64,000 nucleotides of DNA. It comes from Macrostomum hystrix (Eukaryota > Animalia > Platyhelminthes). This document shows positions 53,201-64,000 of the stretch, piece after piece. The position numbers and the translations under genes are program-made. The stretch is taken from the NCBI GenBank assembly GCA_950097015.1, contig CATNEN010000039.1:6758001-6822000 (forward strand). Reading direction: 5' to 3'. Positions within the stretch are counted from its first letter, which is position 1; every line of letters starts with the position of its first letter. The notes under the pieces are model-generated. The model did no database searches. It saw only the letters and a list, made by a program, of their open reading frames with translations, and was not told where the DNA came from.

Positions 53201-56200
53201 GGGAAATACTGAAGCAATCGATAGGGTCTGATTAGGGAAATACTGAAGCAATCGATAGAGTCTGATTAGGGAAATACTGAAGCAATCGATAAGGTCTGAT
53301 TAGGGAAATACTGAAGCAATCGATAGAGTCTGATTAGTGAAATACTGTAGCAATCGATAGAGTCTGATTAGGGAAATACTGAAGCAATCGATAGAGTCTG
53401 ATTAGTGAAATACTGTAGCAATCGATAGAGTCTGATTAGTGAAATACTAAAGCAATCGATAGAGTCTGATTAGGGAAATGCTGAAGCAATCGATAGAGTC
53501 TGATTAGTGAAATACTAAAGCAATCGATAGAGTCTGATTAGGGAAATACTGAAGCAATCGATAGAGTCTGATTAGGGAAATGCTGAAGCAATCGATAGGG
53601 TCTGATTAGGGAAATACTAAAGCAATCGATAGAGTCTGATTAGGGAAATGCTGAAGCAATCGATAGGGTCTGATTAGTGAAATGCTGAAGCAATCGATAG
53701 AGTCTGATTAGGGAAATACTGAAGCAATCGATAGAGTCTGATTAGTGAAATACTAAAGCAATCGATAGAGTTTGATTAGGGAAATACTAAAGCAATCGAT
53801 AGAGTCTGATTAGGGAAATGCTGAAGCAATCGATAGAGTCTGATTAGTGAAATACTAAAGCAATCGATAGAGTTTGATTAGGGAAATACTGAAGCAATCG
53901 ATAGGGTCTGATTAGGGAAATACTGAAGCAATCAATAGGGTCTGATTAGGGAAATACTGTAGCAATCGATAGGGTCTGATTAGGGAAATACTGAAGCAAT
54001 CGATAGAGTTTGATTAGGGAAATACTGAAGCAATCGATAGAGTCTGATTAGGGAAATACTATAGCAATCGATAGGGCCAGATTAGGGAAATACTGTAGCA
54101 ATCGATAGAGTCTGATTAGGGAAATACTGAAGCAATCGATAGGGCCTGATTAGGGAAATACTGTAGCAATCGATAGAGTCTGATTAGGGAAATACTGAAG
54201 CAATCGATAGGGTCTGATTAGGGAAATACTGAAGCAATCGATAGAGTCTGATTAGGGAAATACTAAAGCAATCGATAGAGTCTGATTAGGGAAATACTGA
54301 AGCATCTGATGGGATCTGATTAGGGAAATACTGAAGCAATCGATAAGGTCTGATTAGGGAAATACTGAAGCCATCGATAGAGTCTGATTAGTGAAATACT
54401 GTAGCAATCGATAGAGTCTGATTAGGGAAATACTGAAGCAATCGATAGGGTCTGATTAGGGAAATACTAAAGCAATCGATAGAGTCTGATTAGGGAAATG
54501 CTGAAGCAATCGATAGAGTCTGATTAGTGAAATACTAAAGCAATCGATAGAGTCTGATTAGGGAAATGCTGAAGCAATCGATAGAGTCTGATTAGGGAAA
54601 TGCTGAAGCAATCGATAGAGTCTGATTAGTGAAATACTAAAGCAATCGATAGAGTCTGATTAGGGAAATACTGTAGCAATCGATAGAGTCTGATTAGGGA
54701 AATGCTGAAGCAATCGATAGGGTCTGATTAGGGAAATACTAAAGCAATCGATAGAGTCTGATTAGGGAAATGCTGAAGCAATCGATAGGGTCTGATTAGT
54801 GAAATGCTGAAGCAATCGATAGAGTCTGATTAGGGAAATACTGAAGCAATCGATAGAGTCTGATTAGTGAAATACTAAAGCAATCGATAGAGTCTGATTA
54901 GGGAAATACTGAAGCAATCGATAGAGTCTGATTAGGGAAATGCTGAAGCAATCGATAGGGTCTGATTAGGGAAATACTAAAGCAATCGATAGAGTCTGAT
55001 TAGGGAAATGCTGAAGCAATCGATAGGGTCTGATTAGTGAAATGCTGAAGCAATCGATAGAGTCTGATTAGGGAAATACTGAAGCAATCGATAGAGTCTG
55101 ATTAGTGAAATACTAAAGCAATCGATAGAGTTTGATTAGGGAAATACTAAAGCAATCGATAGAGTCTGATTAGGGAAATGCTGAAGCAATCGATAGAGTC
55201 TGATTAGTGAAATACTAAAGCAATCGATAGAGTTTGATTAGGGAAATACTAAAGCAATCGATAGAGTTTGATTAGGGAAATACTGAAGCAATCGATAGAG
55301 TCTGATTAGTGAAATACTGAAGCAATCGATAGAGTTTGATTAGGGAAATACTGAAGCAATCGATAGAGTTTGACTAGGGAAATACTGAAGCAATCGATAG
55401 GGCCTGATTAGGGAAATACTGTAGCAATCGATAGGGTCTGATTAGTGAAATGCTGAAGCAATCGATAGAGTCTGATTAGGGAAATACTGAAGCAATCGAT
55501 AGAGTCTGATTAGTGAAATACTAAAGCAATCGATAGAGTTTGATTAGGGAAATACTAAAGCAATCGATAGAGACTGATTAGGGAAATGCTGAAGCAATCG
55601 ATAGAGTCTGATTAGTGAAATACTAAAGCAATCGATAGAGTTTGATTAGGGAAATACTGAAGCAATCGATAGGGTCTGATTAGGGAAATACTGAAGCAAT
55701 CAATTGGGTCTGATTAGGGAAATACTGTAGCAATCGATAGGGTCTGATTAGGGAAATACTGAAGCAATCGATAGAGTTTGATTAGGGAAATACTGAAGCA
55801 ATCGATAGAGTCTGATTAGGGAAATACTGTAGCAATCGATAGGGCCTGATTAGGGAAATACTAAAGCATCTGATGGGATCTGAATGGGGAAATAATGAAG
55901 CATCCGTTAGGATCTGAATGGGGAAATAATGAAGCATCCGTTAGGATCTGAATGGGGAAATAATGAAGCATCCGTTAGGATCTGAATGGGGAAATAATGA
56001 AGCATCTGATGGGATCTGATTAGGGAAATACTGAAGCAATCGATAGAGTCTGATTAGGGAAATACTGAAGCATCTGATGGGATCTGATTAGGGAAATACT
56101 GAAGCATCTGATGGGATCTGATTAGGGAAATACTGAAGCAATCGATAGGGTCTGATTAGGGAAATACTGAAGCAATCGATAGAGTCTGATTAGGGAAATA

Positions 56201-59200
56201 CTGAAGCAATCGATAAGGTCTGATTAGGGAAATACTGAAGCAATCGATAGAGTCTGATTAGTGAAATACTGTAGCAATCGATAGAGTCTGATTAGGGAAA
56301 TACTGAAGCAATCGATAGAGTCTGATTAGTGAAATACTGTAGCAATCGATAGAGTCTGATTAGTGAAATACTAAAGCAATCGATAGAGTCTGATTAGGGA
56401 AATGCTGAAGCAATCGATAGAGTCTGATTAGTGAAATACTAAAGCAATCGATAGAGTCTGATTAGGGAAATACTGAAGCAATCGATAGAGTCTGATTAGG
56501 GAAATGCTGAAGCAATCGATAGGGTCTGATTAGGGAAATACTAAAGCAATCGATAGAGTCTGATTAGGGAAATGCTGAAGCAATCGATAGGGTCTGATTA
56601 GTGAAATGCTGAAGCAATCGATAGAGTCTGATTAGGGAAATACTGAAGCAATCGATAGAGTCTGATTAGTGAAATACTAAAGCAATCGATAGAGTCTGAT
56701 TAGGGAAATACTGAAGCAATCGATAGAGTCTGATTAGGGAAATGCTGAAGCAATCGATAGGGTCTGATTAGGGAAATACTAAAGCAATCGATAGAGTCTG
56801 ATTAGGGAAATGCTGAAGCAATCGATAGGGTCTGATTAGTGAAATGCTGAAGCAATCGATAGAGTCTGATTAGGGAAATACTGAAGCAATCGATAGAGTC
56901 TGATTAGTGAAATACTAAAGCAATCGATAGAGTTTGATTAGGGAAATACTAAAGCAATCGATAGAGTCTGATTAGGGAAATGCTGAAGCAATCGATAGAG
57001 TCTGATTAGTGAAATACTAAAGCAATCGATAGAGTTTGATTAGGGAAATACTAAAGCAATCGATAGAGTTTGATTAGGGAAATACTGAAGCAATCGATAG
57101 AGTCTGATTAGTGAAATACTGAAGCAATCGATAGAGTTTGATTAGGGAAATACTGAAGCAATCGATAGAGTCTGATTAGTGAAATACTAAAGCAATCGAT
57201 AGAGTTTGATTAGGGAAATACTGAAGCAATCGATAGAGTTTGACTAGGGAAATACTGAAGCAATCGATAGGGCCTGATTAGGGAAATACTGTAGCAATCG
57301 ATAGGGTCTGATTAGTGAAATGCTGAAGCAATCGATAGAGTCTGATTAGGGAAATGCTGAAGCAATCGATAGAGTCTGATTAGTGAAATACTAAAGCAAT
57401 CGATAGAGTTTGATTAGGGAAATACTGAAGCAATCGATAGGGTCTGATTAGGGAAATACTGAAGCAATCAATAGGGTCTGATTAGGGAAATACTGTAGCA
57501 ATCGATAGGGTCTGATTAGGGAAATACTGAAGCAATCGATAGAGTTTGATTAGGGAAATACTGAAGCAATCGATAGAGTCTGATTAGGGAAATACTGTAG
57601 CAATCGATAGGGCCTGATTAGGGAAATACTAAAGCATCTGATGGGATCTGAATGGGGAAATAATGAAGCATCCGTTAGGATCTGAATGGGGAAATAATGA
57701 AGCATCCGTTAGGATCTGAATGGGGAAATAATGAAGCATCCGTTAGGATCTGAATGGGGAAATAATGAAGCATCTGATGGGATCTGATTAGGGAAATACT
57801 GAAGCAATCGATAGAGTCTGATTAGGGAAATACTGAAGCATCTGATGGGATCTGATTAGGGAAATACTGAAGCATCTGATGGGATCTGATTAGGGAAATA
57901 CTGAAGCAATCGATAGGGTCTGATTAGGGAAATACTGAAGCAATCGATAGAGTCTGATTAGGGAAATACTGAAGCAATCGATAAGGTCTGATTAGGGAAA
58001 TACTGAAGCAATCGATAGAGTCTGATTAGTGAAATACTGTAGCAATCGATAGAGTCTGATTAGGGAAATACTGAAGCAATCGATAGAGTCTGATTAGTGA
58101 AATACTGTAGCAATCGATAGAGTCTGATTAGTGAAATACTAAAGCAATCGATAGAGTCTGATTAGGGAAATGCTGAAGCAATCGATAGAGTCTGATTAGT
58201 GAAATACTAAAGCAATCGATAGAGTCTGATTAGGGAAATACTGAAGCAATCGATAGAGTCTGATTAGGGAAATGCTGAAGCAATCGATAGGGTCTGATTA
58301 GGGAAATACTAAAGCAATCTATAGAGTCTGATTAGGGAAATGCTGAAGCAATCGATAGGGTCTGATTAGTGAAATGCTGAAGCAATCGATAGAGTCTGAT
58401 TAGGGAAATACTGAAGCAATCGATAGAGTCTGATTAGTGAAATACTAAAGCAATCGATAGAGTTTGATTAGGGAAATACTAAAGCAATCGATAGAGTCTG
58501 ATTGGGGAAATGCTGAAGCAATCGATAGAGTCTGATTAGTGAAATACTAAAGCAATCGATAGAGTTTGATTAGGGAAATACTAAAGCAATCGATAGAGTT
58601 TGATTAGGGAAATACTGAAGCAATCGATAGAGTCTGATTAGTGAAATACTGAAGCAATCGATAGAGTTTGATTAGGGAAATACTGAAGCAATCGATAGAG
58701 TTTGATTAGGGAAATACTAAAGCAATCGATAGAGTTTGATTAGGGAAATACTGAAGCAATCGATAGAGTCTGATTAGTGAAATACTGAAGCAATCGATAG
58801 AGTTTGATTAGGGAAATACTGAAGCAATCGATAGAGTTTGATTAGGGAAATACTGAAGCAATCGATAGGGCCTGATTAGGGAAATACTGTAGCAATCGAT
58901 AGAGTCTGATTAGGGAAATACTGAAGCAATCGATAGAGTCTGATTAGGGAAATACTGAAGCAATCGATAGAGTCTGATTAGTGAAATACTAAAGCAATCG
59001 ATAGAGTTTGATTAGGGAAATACTAAAGCAATCGATAGAGTCTGATTAGGGAAATGCTGAAGCAATCGATAGAGTCTGATTAGTGAAATACTAAAGCAAT
59101 CGATAGAGTTTGATTAGGGAAATACTGAAGCAATCGATAGGGTCTGATTAGTGAAATGCTGAAGCAATCGATAGAGTCTGATTAGGGAAATACTGAAGCA

Positions 59201-61851
59201 ATCGATAGAGTCTGATTAGTGAAATACTAAAGCAATCGATAGAGTTTGATTAGGGAAATACTAAAGCAATCGATAGAGTCTGATTAGGGAAATGCTGAAG
59301 CAATCGATAGAGTCTGATTAGTGAAATACTAAAGCAATCGATAGAGTTTGATTAGGGAAATACTAAAGCAATCGATAGAGTTTGATTAGGGAAATACTGA
59401 AGCAATCGATAGAGTCTGATTAGTGAAATACTGAAGCAATGGATAGGGCCTGATTAGGGAAATACTGAAGCAATCGATAGAGTTTGATTAGGGAAATACT
59501 AAAGCAATCGATAGAGTTTGATTAGGGAAATACTGAAGCAATCGATAGAGTCTGATTAGTGAAATACTGAAGCAATCGATAGAGTTTGATTAGGGAAATA
59601 CTGAAGCAATCGATAGAGTTTGATTAGGGAAATACTGAAGCAATCGATAGGGCCTGATTAGGGAAATACTGTAGCAATCGATAGAGTCTGATTAGGGAAA
59701 TACTGAAGCAATCGATAGAGTCTGATTAGGGAAATACTGAAGCAATCGATAGAGTCTGATTAGTGAAATACTAAAGCAATCGATAGAGTTTGATTAGGGA
59801 AATACTAAAGCAATCGATAGAGTCTGATTAGGGAAATGCTGAAGCAATCGATAGAGTCTGATTAGTGAAATACTAAAGCAATCGATAGAGTTTGATTAGG
59901 GAAATACTGAAGCAATCGATAGGGTCTGATTAGTGAAATGCTGAAGCAATCGATAGAGTCTGATTAGGGAAATACTGAAGCAATCGATAGAGTCTGATTA
60001 GTGAAATACTAAAGCAATCGATAGAGTTTGATTAGGGAAATACTAAAGCAATCGATAGAGTCTGATTAGGGAAATGCTGAAGCAATCGATAGAGTCTGAT
60101 TAGTGAAATACTAAAGCAATCGATAGAGTTTGATTAGGGAAATACTAAAGCAATCGATAGAGTTTGATTAGGGAAATACTGAAGCAATCGATAGAGTCTG
60201 ATTAGTGAAATACTGAAGCAATCGATAGAGTTTGATTAGGGAAATACTGAAGCAATCGATAGAGTTTGACTAGGGAAATACTGAAGCAATCGATAGAGTT
60301 TGATTAGGGAAATACTAAAGCAATCGATAGAGTTTGATTAGGGAAATACTGAAGCAATCGATAGAGTCTGATTAGTGAAATACTGAAGCAATCGATAGAG
60401 TTTGATTAGGGAAATACTGAAGCAATCGATAGAGTTTGATTAGGGAAATACTGAAGCAATGGATAGGGCCTGATTAGGGAAATACTGTAGCAATCGATAG
60501 GGTCTGATTAGTGAAATGCTGAAGCAATCGATAGAGTCTGATTAGGGAAATACTGAAGCAATCGATAGAGTCTGATTAGTGAAATACTAAAGCAATCGAT
60601 AGAGTTTGATTAGGGAAATACTAAAGCAATCGATAGAGTCTGATTAGGGAAATGCTGAAGCAATCGATAGAGTCTGATTAGTGAAATACTAAAGCAATCG
60701 ATAGAGTTTGATTAGGGAAATACTGAAGCAATCGATAGGGTCTGATTAGGGAAATACTGAAGCAATCAATAGGGTCTGATTAGGGAAATACTGTAGCAAT
60801 CGATAGGGTCTGATTAGGGAAATACTGAAGCAATCGATAGAGTTTGATTAGGGAAATACTGAAGCAATCGATAGAGTCTGATTAGGGAAATACTATAGCA
60901 ATCGATAGGGCCTGATTAGGGAAATACTGTAGCAATCGATAGAGTCTGATTAGGGAAATACTGAAGCAATCGATAGGGCCTGATTAGGGAAATACTGTAG
61001 CAATCGATAGAGTCTGATTAGGGAAATACTGAAGCAATCGATAGGGTCTGATTAGGGAAATACTGAAGCAATCGATAGAGTCTGATTAGGGAAATACTGA
61101 AGCAATCGATAGGGCCTGATTAGGGAAATACTGTAGCAATCGATAGAGTCTGATTAGGGAAATACTGAAGCAATCGATAGGGTCTGATTAGGGAAATACT
61201 GAAGCAATCGATAGAGTCTGATTAGGGAAATACTGAAGCAATCGATAGGGTCTGATTAGGGAAATACTGAAGCAATCGATAGAGTCTGATTAGGGAAATA
61301 CTGAAGCAATCGATAGGGTCTGATTAGGGAAATACTGTAGCAATCGATAGAGTTTGATTAGGGAAATACTAAAGCAATCGATAGAGTCTGATTAGGGAAA
61401 TACTGAAGCAATCGATAGGGTCTGATTAGGGAAATACTGTAGCAATCGATAGAGTTTGATTAGGGAAATACTAAAGCAATCGATAGAGTCTGATTAGGGA
61501 AATACTGAAGCAATCGATAGGGTCTGATTAGGGAAATACTGTAGCAATCGATAGAGTTTGATTAGGGAAATACTAAAGCAATCGATAGAGTCTGATTAGG
61601 GAAATACTGAAGCAATCGATAGGGTCTGATTAAGGAAATACTAAAGCAATCGATAGAGTCTGATTAGGGAAATACTGTAGCAATCGATAGAGTCTGATTA
61701 GGGAAATACTAAAGCAATCGATAGAGTCTGATTAGGGAAATGCTGAAGCAATCGATAGAGTCTGATTAGTGAAATACTAAAGCAATCGATAGAGTCTGAT
61801 TAGGGAAATACTGAAGCAATCGATAGGGCCTGATTAGGGAAATACTGAAGC
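44275..61851 (+). repeat. 17.5-kb satellite, 34-bp monomer (GATAGAGTCTGATTAGGGAAATACTGAAGCAATC), ~515 units, with higher-order blocks
   Basis: Direct; most monomers contain TTAGGG. Confidence 0.98.
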
Positions 61852-61934
61852 AGTGATGGCATCTGGTTACTAAAACAATATTCGGTCTGGAGGCTGTAAG
61901 AAAAAATACGGCTTCAATCTGGAAATAAACTAAT

Positions 61935-62190
61935 AACACCTGGCATAATCGAGCCAGCTGTGCAGACGACAGCACAGCTGCAGCAATTGCGTGGCAACTG
62001 GTACGACTGGTCAGTCGATGGACTGAGGACTCTACACCCGCCTTCAATTGCCCCAACTAAAGCTGGCCCTCAGCTGGATGAACTGACGCAATGCAGACTT
62101 AAGTGTCTTGCTAAAGGACACAAGCTGATTCAGAGGAGTTGGGGATCGAACCCCTGATCGTTAAGTCATGAGTCGGACGCCCAAGGACTA
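61935..62190 (-). mobile_element. tRNA-derived SINE copy
   Basis: Same family; B box GGTTCGATCCC on the minus strand. Confidence 0.78.
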
Positions 62191-62429
62191 GGATAGAACA
62201 CTTTTGATAGAAAAAATTGATTAACTCTTTTTAAGCTACCAGAGCTCAAACTCATTTACTAAGAAGTAAAAGAAAAATACAGGTTTTGGTTTGTTAATGA
62301 ATAAAACACAATTATACTCTACTGCCCGCAAAATGCGACAACTGAAAATAAGAAGCGCGTCAATATATATTAAATACTTGACTAACTATAGTGAAGGTTT
62401 TTCAAGCAGATTAATTTCTTTATGCGGTC

Positions 62430-62741
62430 TTAGGTAATGCGATAATTGGCGTAGGCGCGATTCTCTTCGCACTCTTTGTGCATCTGCAACTTGGCGTGCA
62501 CCGCTTTGCCCTCGTTGTTGCTGGCGTTGACCAGCTCCTTGGCCAGGGATTGGTACAGGTGCACTTTAGTCCCGCGCACGTTGGAAGCCAAGCGAAGAAA
62601 CTTCATGGCCCGGAATTGGCTCTCGGATTCGCTCAGCGGGCAAGGCACTTTGTAGAGAAAGCCGCCGCGAAATACGTGCTTAATGATGAGCAGCGGTGCG
62701 CAGTTCTCAACCGCTTTATGGATGACGCGAATAGGATCCAC
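62430..62741 (-). CDS. MRPS7: Mitochondrial ribosomal protein S7 (uS7m), last exon
   Basis: AVENCAPLL..RGGFLYKVPCPL..FRAMK..LAKEL..EGKAV..MHKECEENRAYANYR is the uS7 C-terminus. Confidence 0.92.
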   Translation of the reverse strand: MDPIRVIHKAVENCAPLLIIKHVFRGGFLYKVPCPLSESESQFRAMKFLRLASNVRGTKVHLYQSLAKELVNASNNEGKAVHAKLQMHKECEENRAYANYRIT

Positions 62742-63389
62742 CTGCGATTCATCATTTTAGGGCATTATTGATTTTCGGAATCACAAACTAAATAAATACA
62801 AAGAAGCAACACACAACAATGTGGACCAGCCAGCGCCAGCTGTGCCAGTCCATGGACTGAAGGGATGAACAAGATAGCTGGACAATATAAGTCCCTCAGT
62901 CTTAACTTAATGTTCGAACTCCAGACCTCTACATTAAAAATCCGACGCTCTAGCTTGGCATTGAACAACAACCATTCTTTAGCGAAATTACTAGTGAAAT
63001 GCAGATGAAGCACAAATGCGTAAGTTATACCAGTACTACGAGTATTGTTCCCGCTACGACTTGCTCCTCACACTTGTATTGCGAACTTTCTGCCATCTTG
63101 AGCTGATTTGGAGCCTGCTGGCTCATTATTGAGTACAATCAAGGAGAGAACAACGTAATGGGATTTTAATTTAGGGGTCAACCTGGACAAGAAATGCTCG
63201 GCTCGGATATCAATATGCAGATTATTAATCACAATTACCGTTCTCGTGCAGAAATTAAAATGACAAACTGCACACAGGTTGAGCACTTCAAAGCAGGAAT
63301 TGCTGATATGGTTGATCTGCATAAGTCCTTGCGCACCTAGCTGATGCGCAGATCAAAATTTTTATCTCCTGGACGAGAACTTTCGGTCC

Positions 63390-63632
63390 AGCCGTGCAGC
63401 TACTGCACGGCGCATCTGAAGGCTGCGTACGTCTGTTCAGTCCATGGACCGGAGCAAACCACATCCAACCTCAAGCACCGAAGATAATGCTGGGGTACCT
63501 ATCTTTCAGCTGGTTGAACTGAAGCAATGCAGAGTTAAGTGTCTTGCTAAAGGACACAAATTGTTCCAGTCGAGTTGGGAATCGAACCCCCGACATTCGA
63601 GTCGTGAGTCCGACGCCCTAACCAGGTTACAA
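63390..63632 (-). mobile_element. tRNA-derived SINE copy in the MRPS7 intron
   Basis: Same family. Confidence 0.82.
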
Positions 63633-63743
63633 ACCGAAATACAGAATGATAAAGCCATTAAAAATTTCCAACAAAGCAAAGTTCACGATGAACCGTTGAG
63701 TAGGTTAGAGTAATCGCGAAAGCAGTAACAATCAACTACTCGC

Positions 63744-64000
63744 CTCAACAGCCGGCCTCTCCTCCGGCGAAGCGGCATTGCGCCGGCTGATCTGAATGTG
63801 CTTAATTTCTGTCATCATCTGGGTGAAGACGTCGCGCAATTTGTCTCGATAGCCTTCTCGCACCAGATGCCCCGCCAGCTTCTGTACAACAGGATCGTAG
63901 TGCGCGCTGAACAGGTCGTATTTACCGGGTGGCCTGATGGCCTTGGTTCGCCGCTCGTCAGCCTTGGGTATGTGCCTAGTGAGCAGGTGCGGATCCAGCT
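63744..64000 (-). CDS. MRPS7: MRPS7 upstream exon (partial, continues beyond the window)
   Basis: YDPVVQKLAGHLVREG..IKHIQISRRNAASPEERPAVE; joins VDPIRV through a GC donor. Confidence 0.85.

Noticed and set aside
44275-61851. True telomere or chromosome end
   Set aside because: TTAGGG occurs once per 34-mer, not in tandem, and genes lie on both sides

Overview
Eukaryotic (animal) genomic DNA, very rich in simple repeats, with CAG/polyQ-rich exons. Style and gene content suggest a flatworm such as Macrostomum (inference, not verified). Five spliced genes were reconstructed by hand with phase-consistent splice sites: a SYD-1/SYDE-like C2+RhoGAP gene (+, 3507-17107), UNC119 (-, 21182-22917) head-to-head with DRP1/DNM1L (+, 23329-33775), METTL14 (-, 39379-44014) and the 3' part of MRPS7 (-, 62430->64000, with a GC-AG intron). 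An intronless secreted PAN-like/LamG-like gene is disrupted by a 5'-truncated LINE in its signal-peptide codons (12-bp TSD) and by a frameshift. Mobile DNA includes an internally deleted IS630/Tc1-like element, a hAT MITE in three states, two further MITEs and about seven tRNA-derived SINEs. Other features are a 5'-truncated tRNA-Ile with an unusual GAT anticodon, about 18 micro/minisatellite arrays (several filling an intron almost completely) and a 17.5-kb 34-bp satellite carrying TTAGGG. The most system-like signal concerns how tandem repeats arise and spread: a MITE whose internal 16-mer appears expanded into a kb-scale array, intron-private arrays sharing a GGTCA core, and distant (GAGT)n arrays with an identical variant code. 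Most long ORFs in the supplied track are repeat artefacts. Repeat boundaries are approximate.
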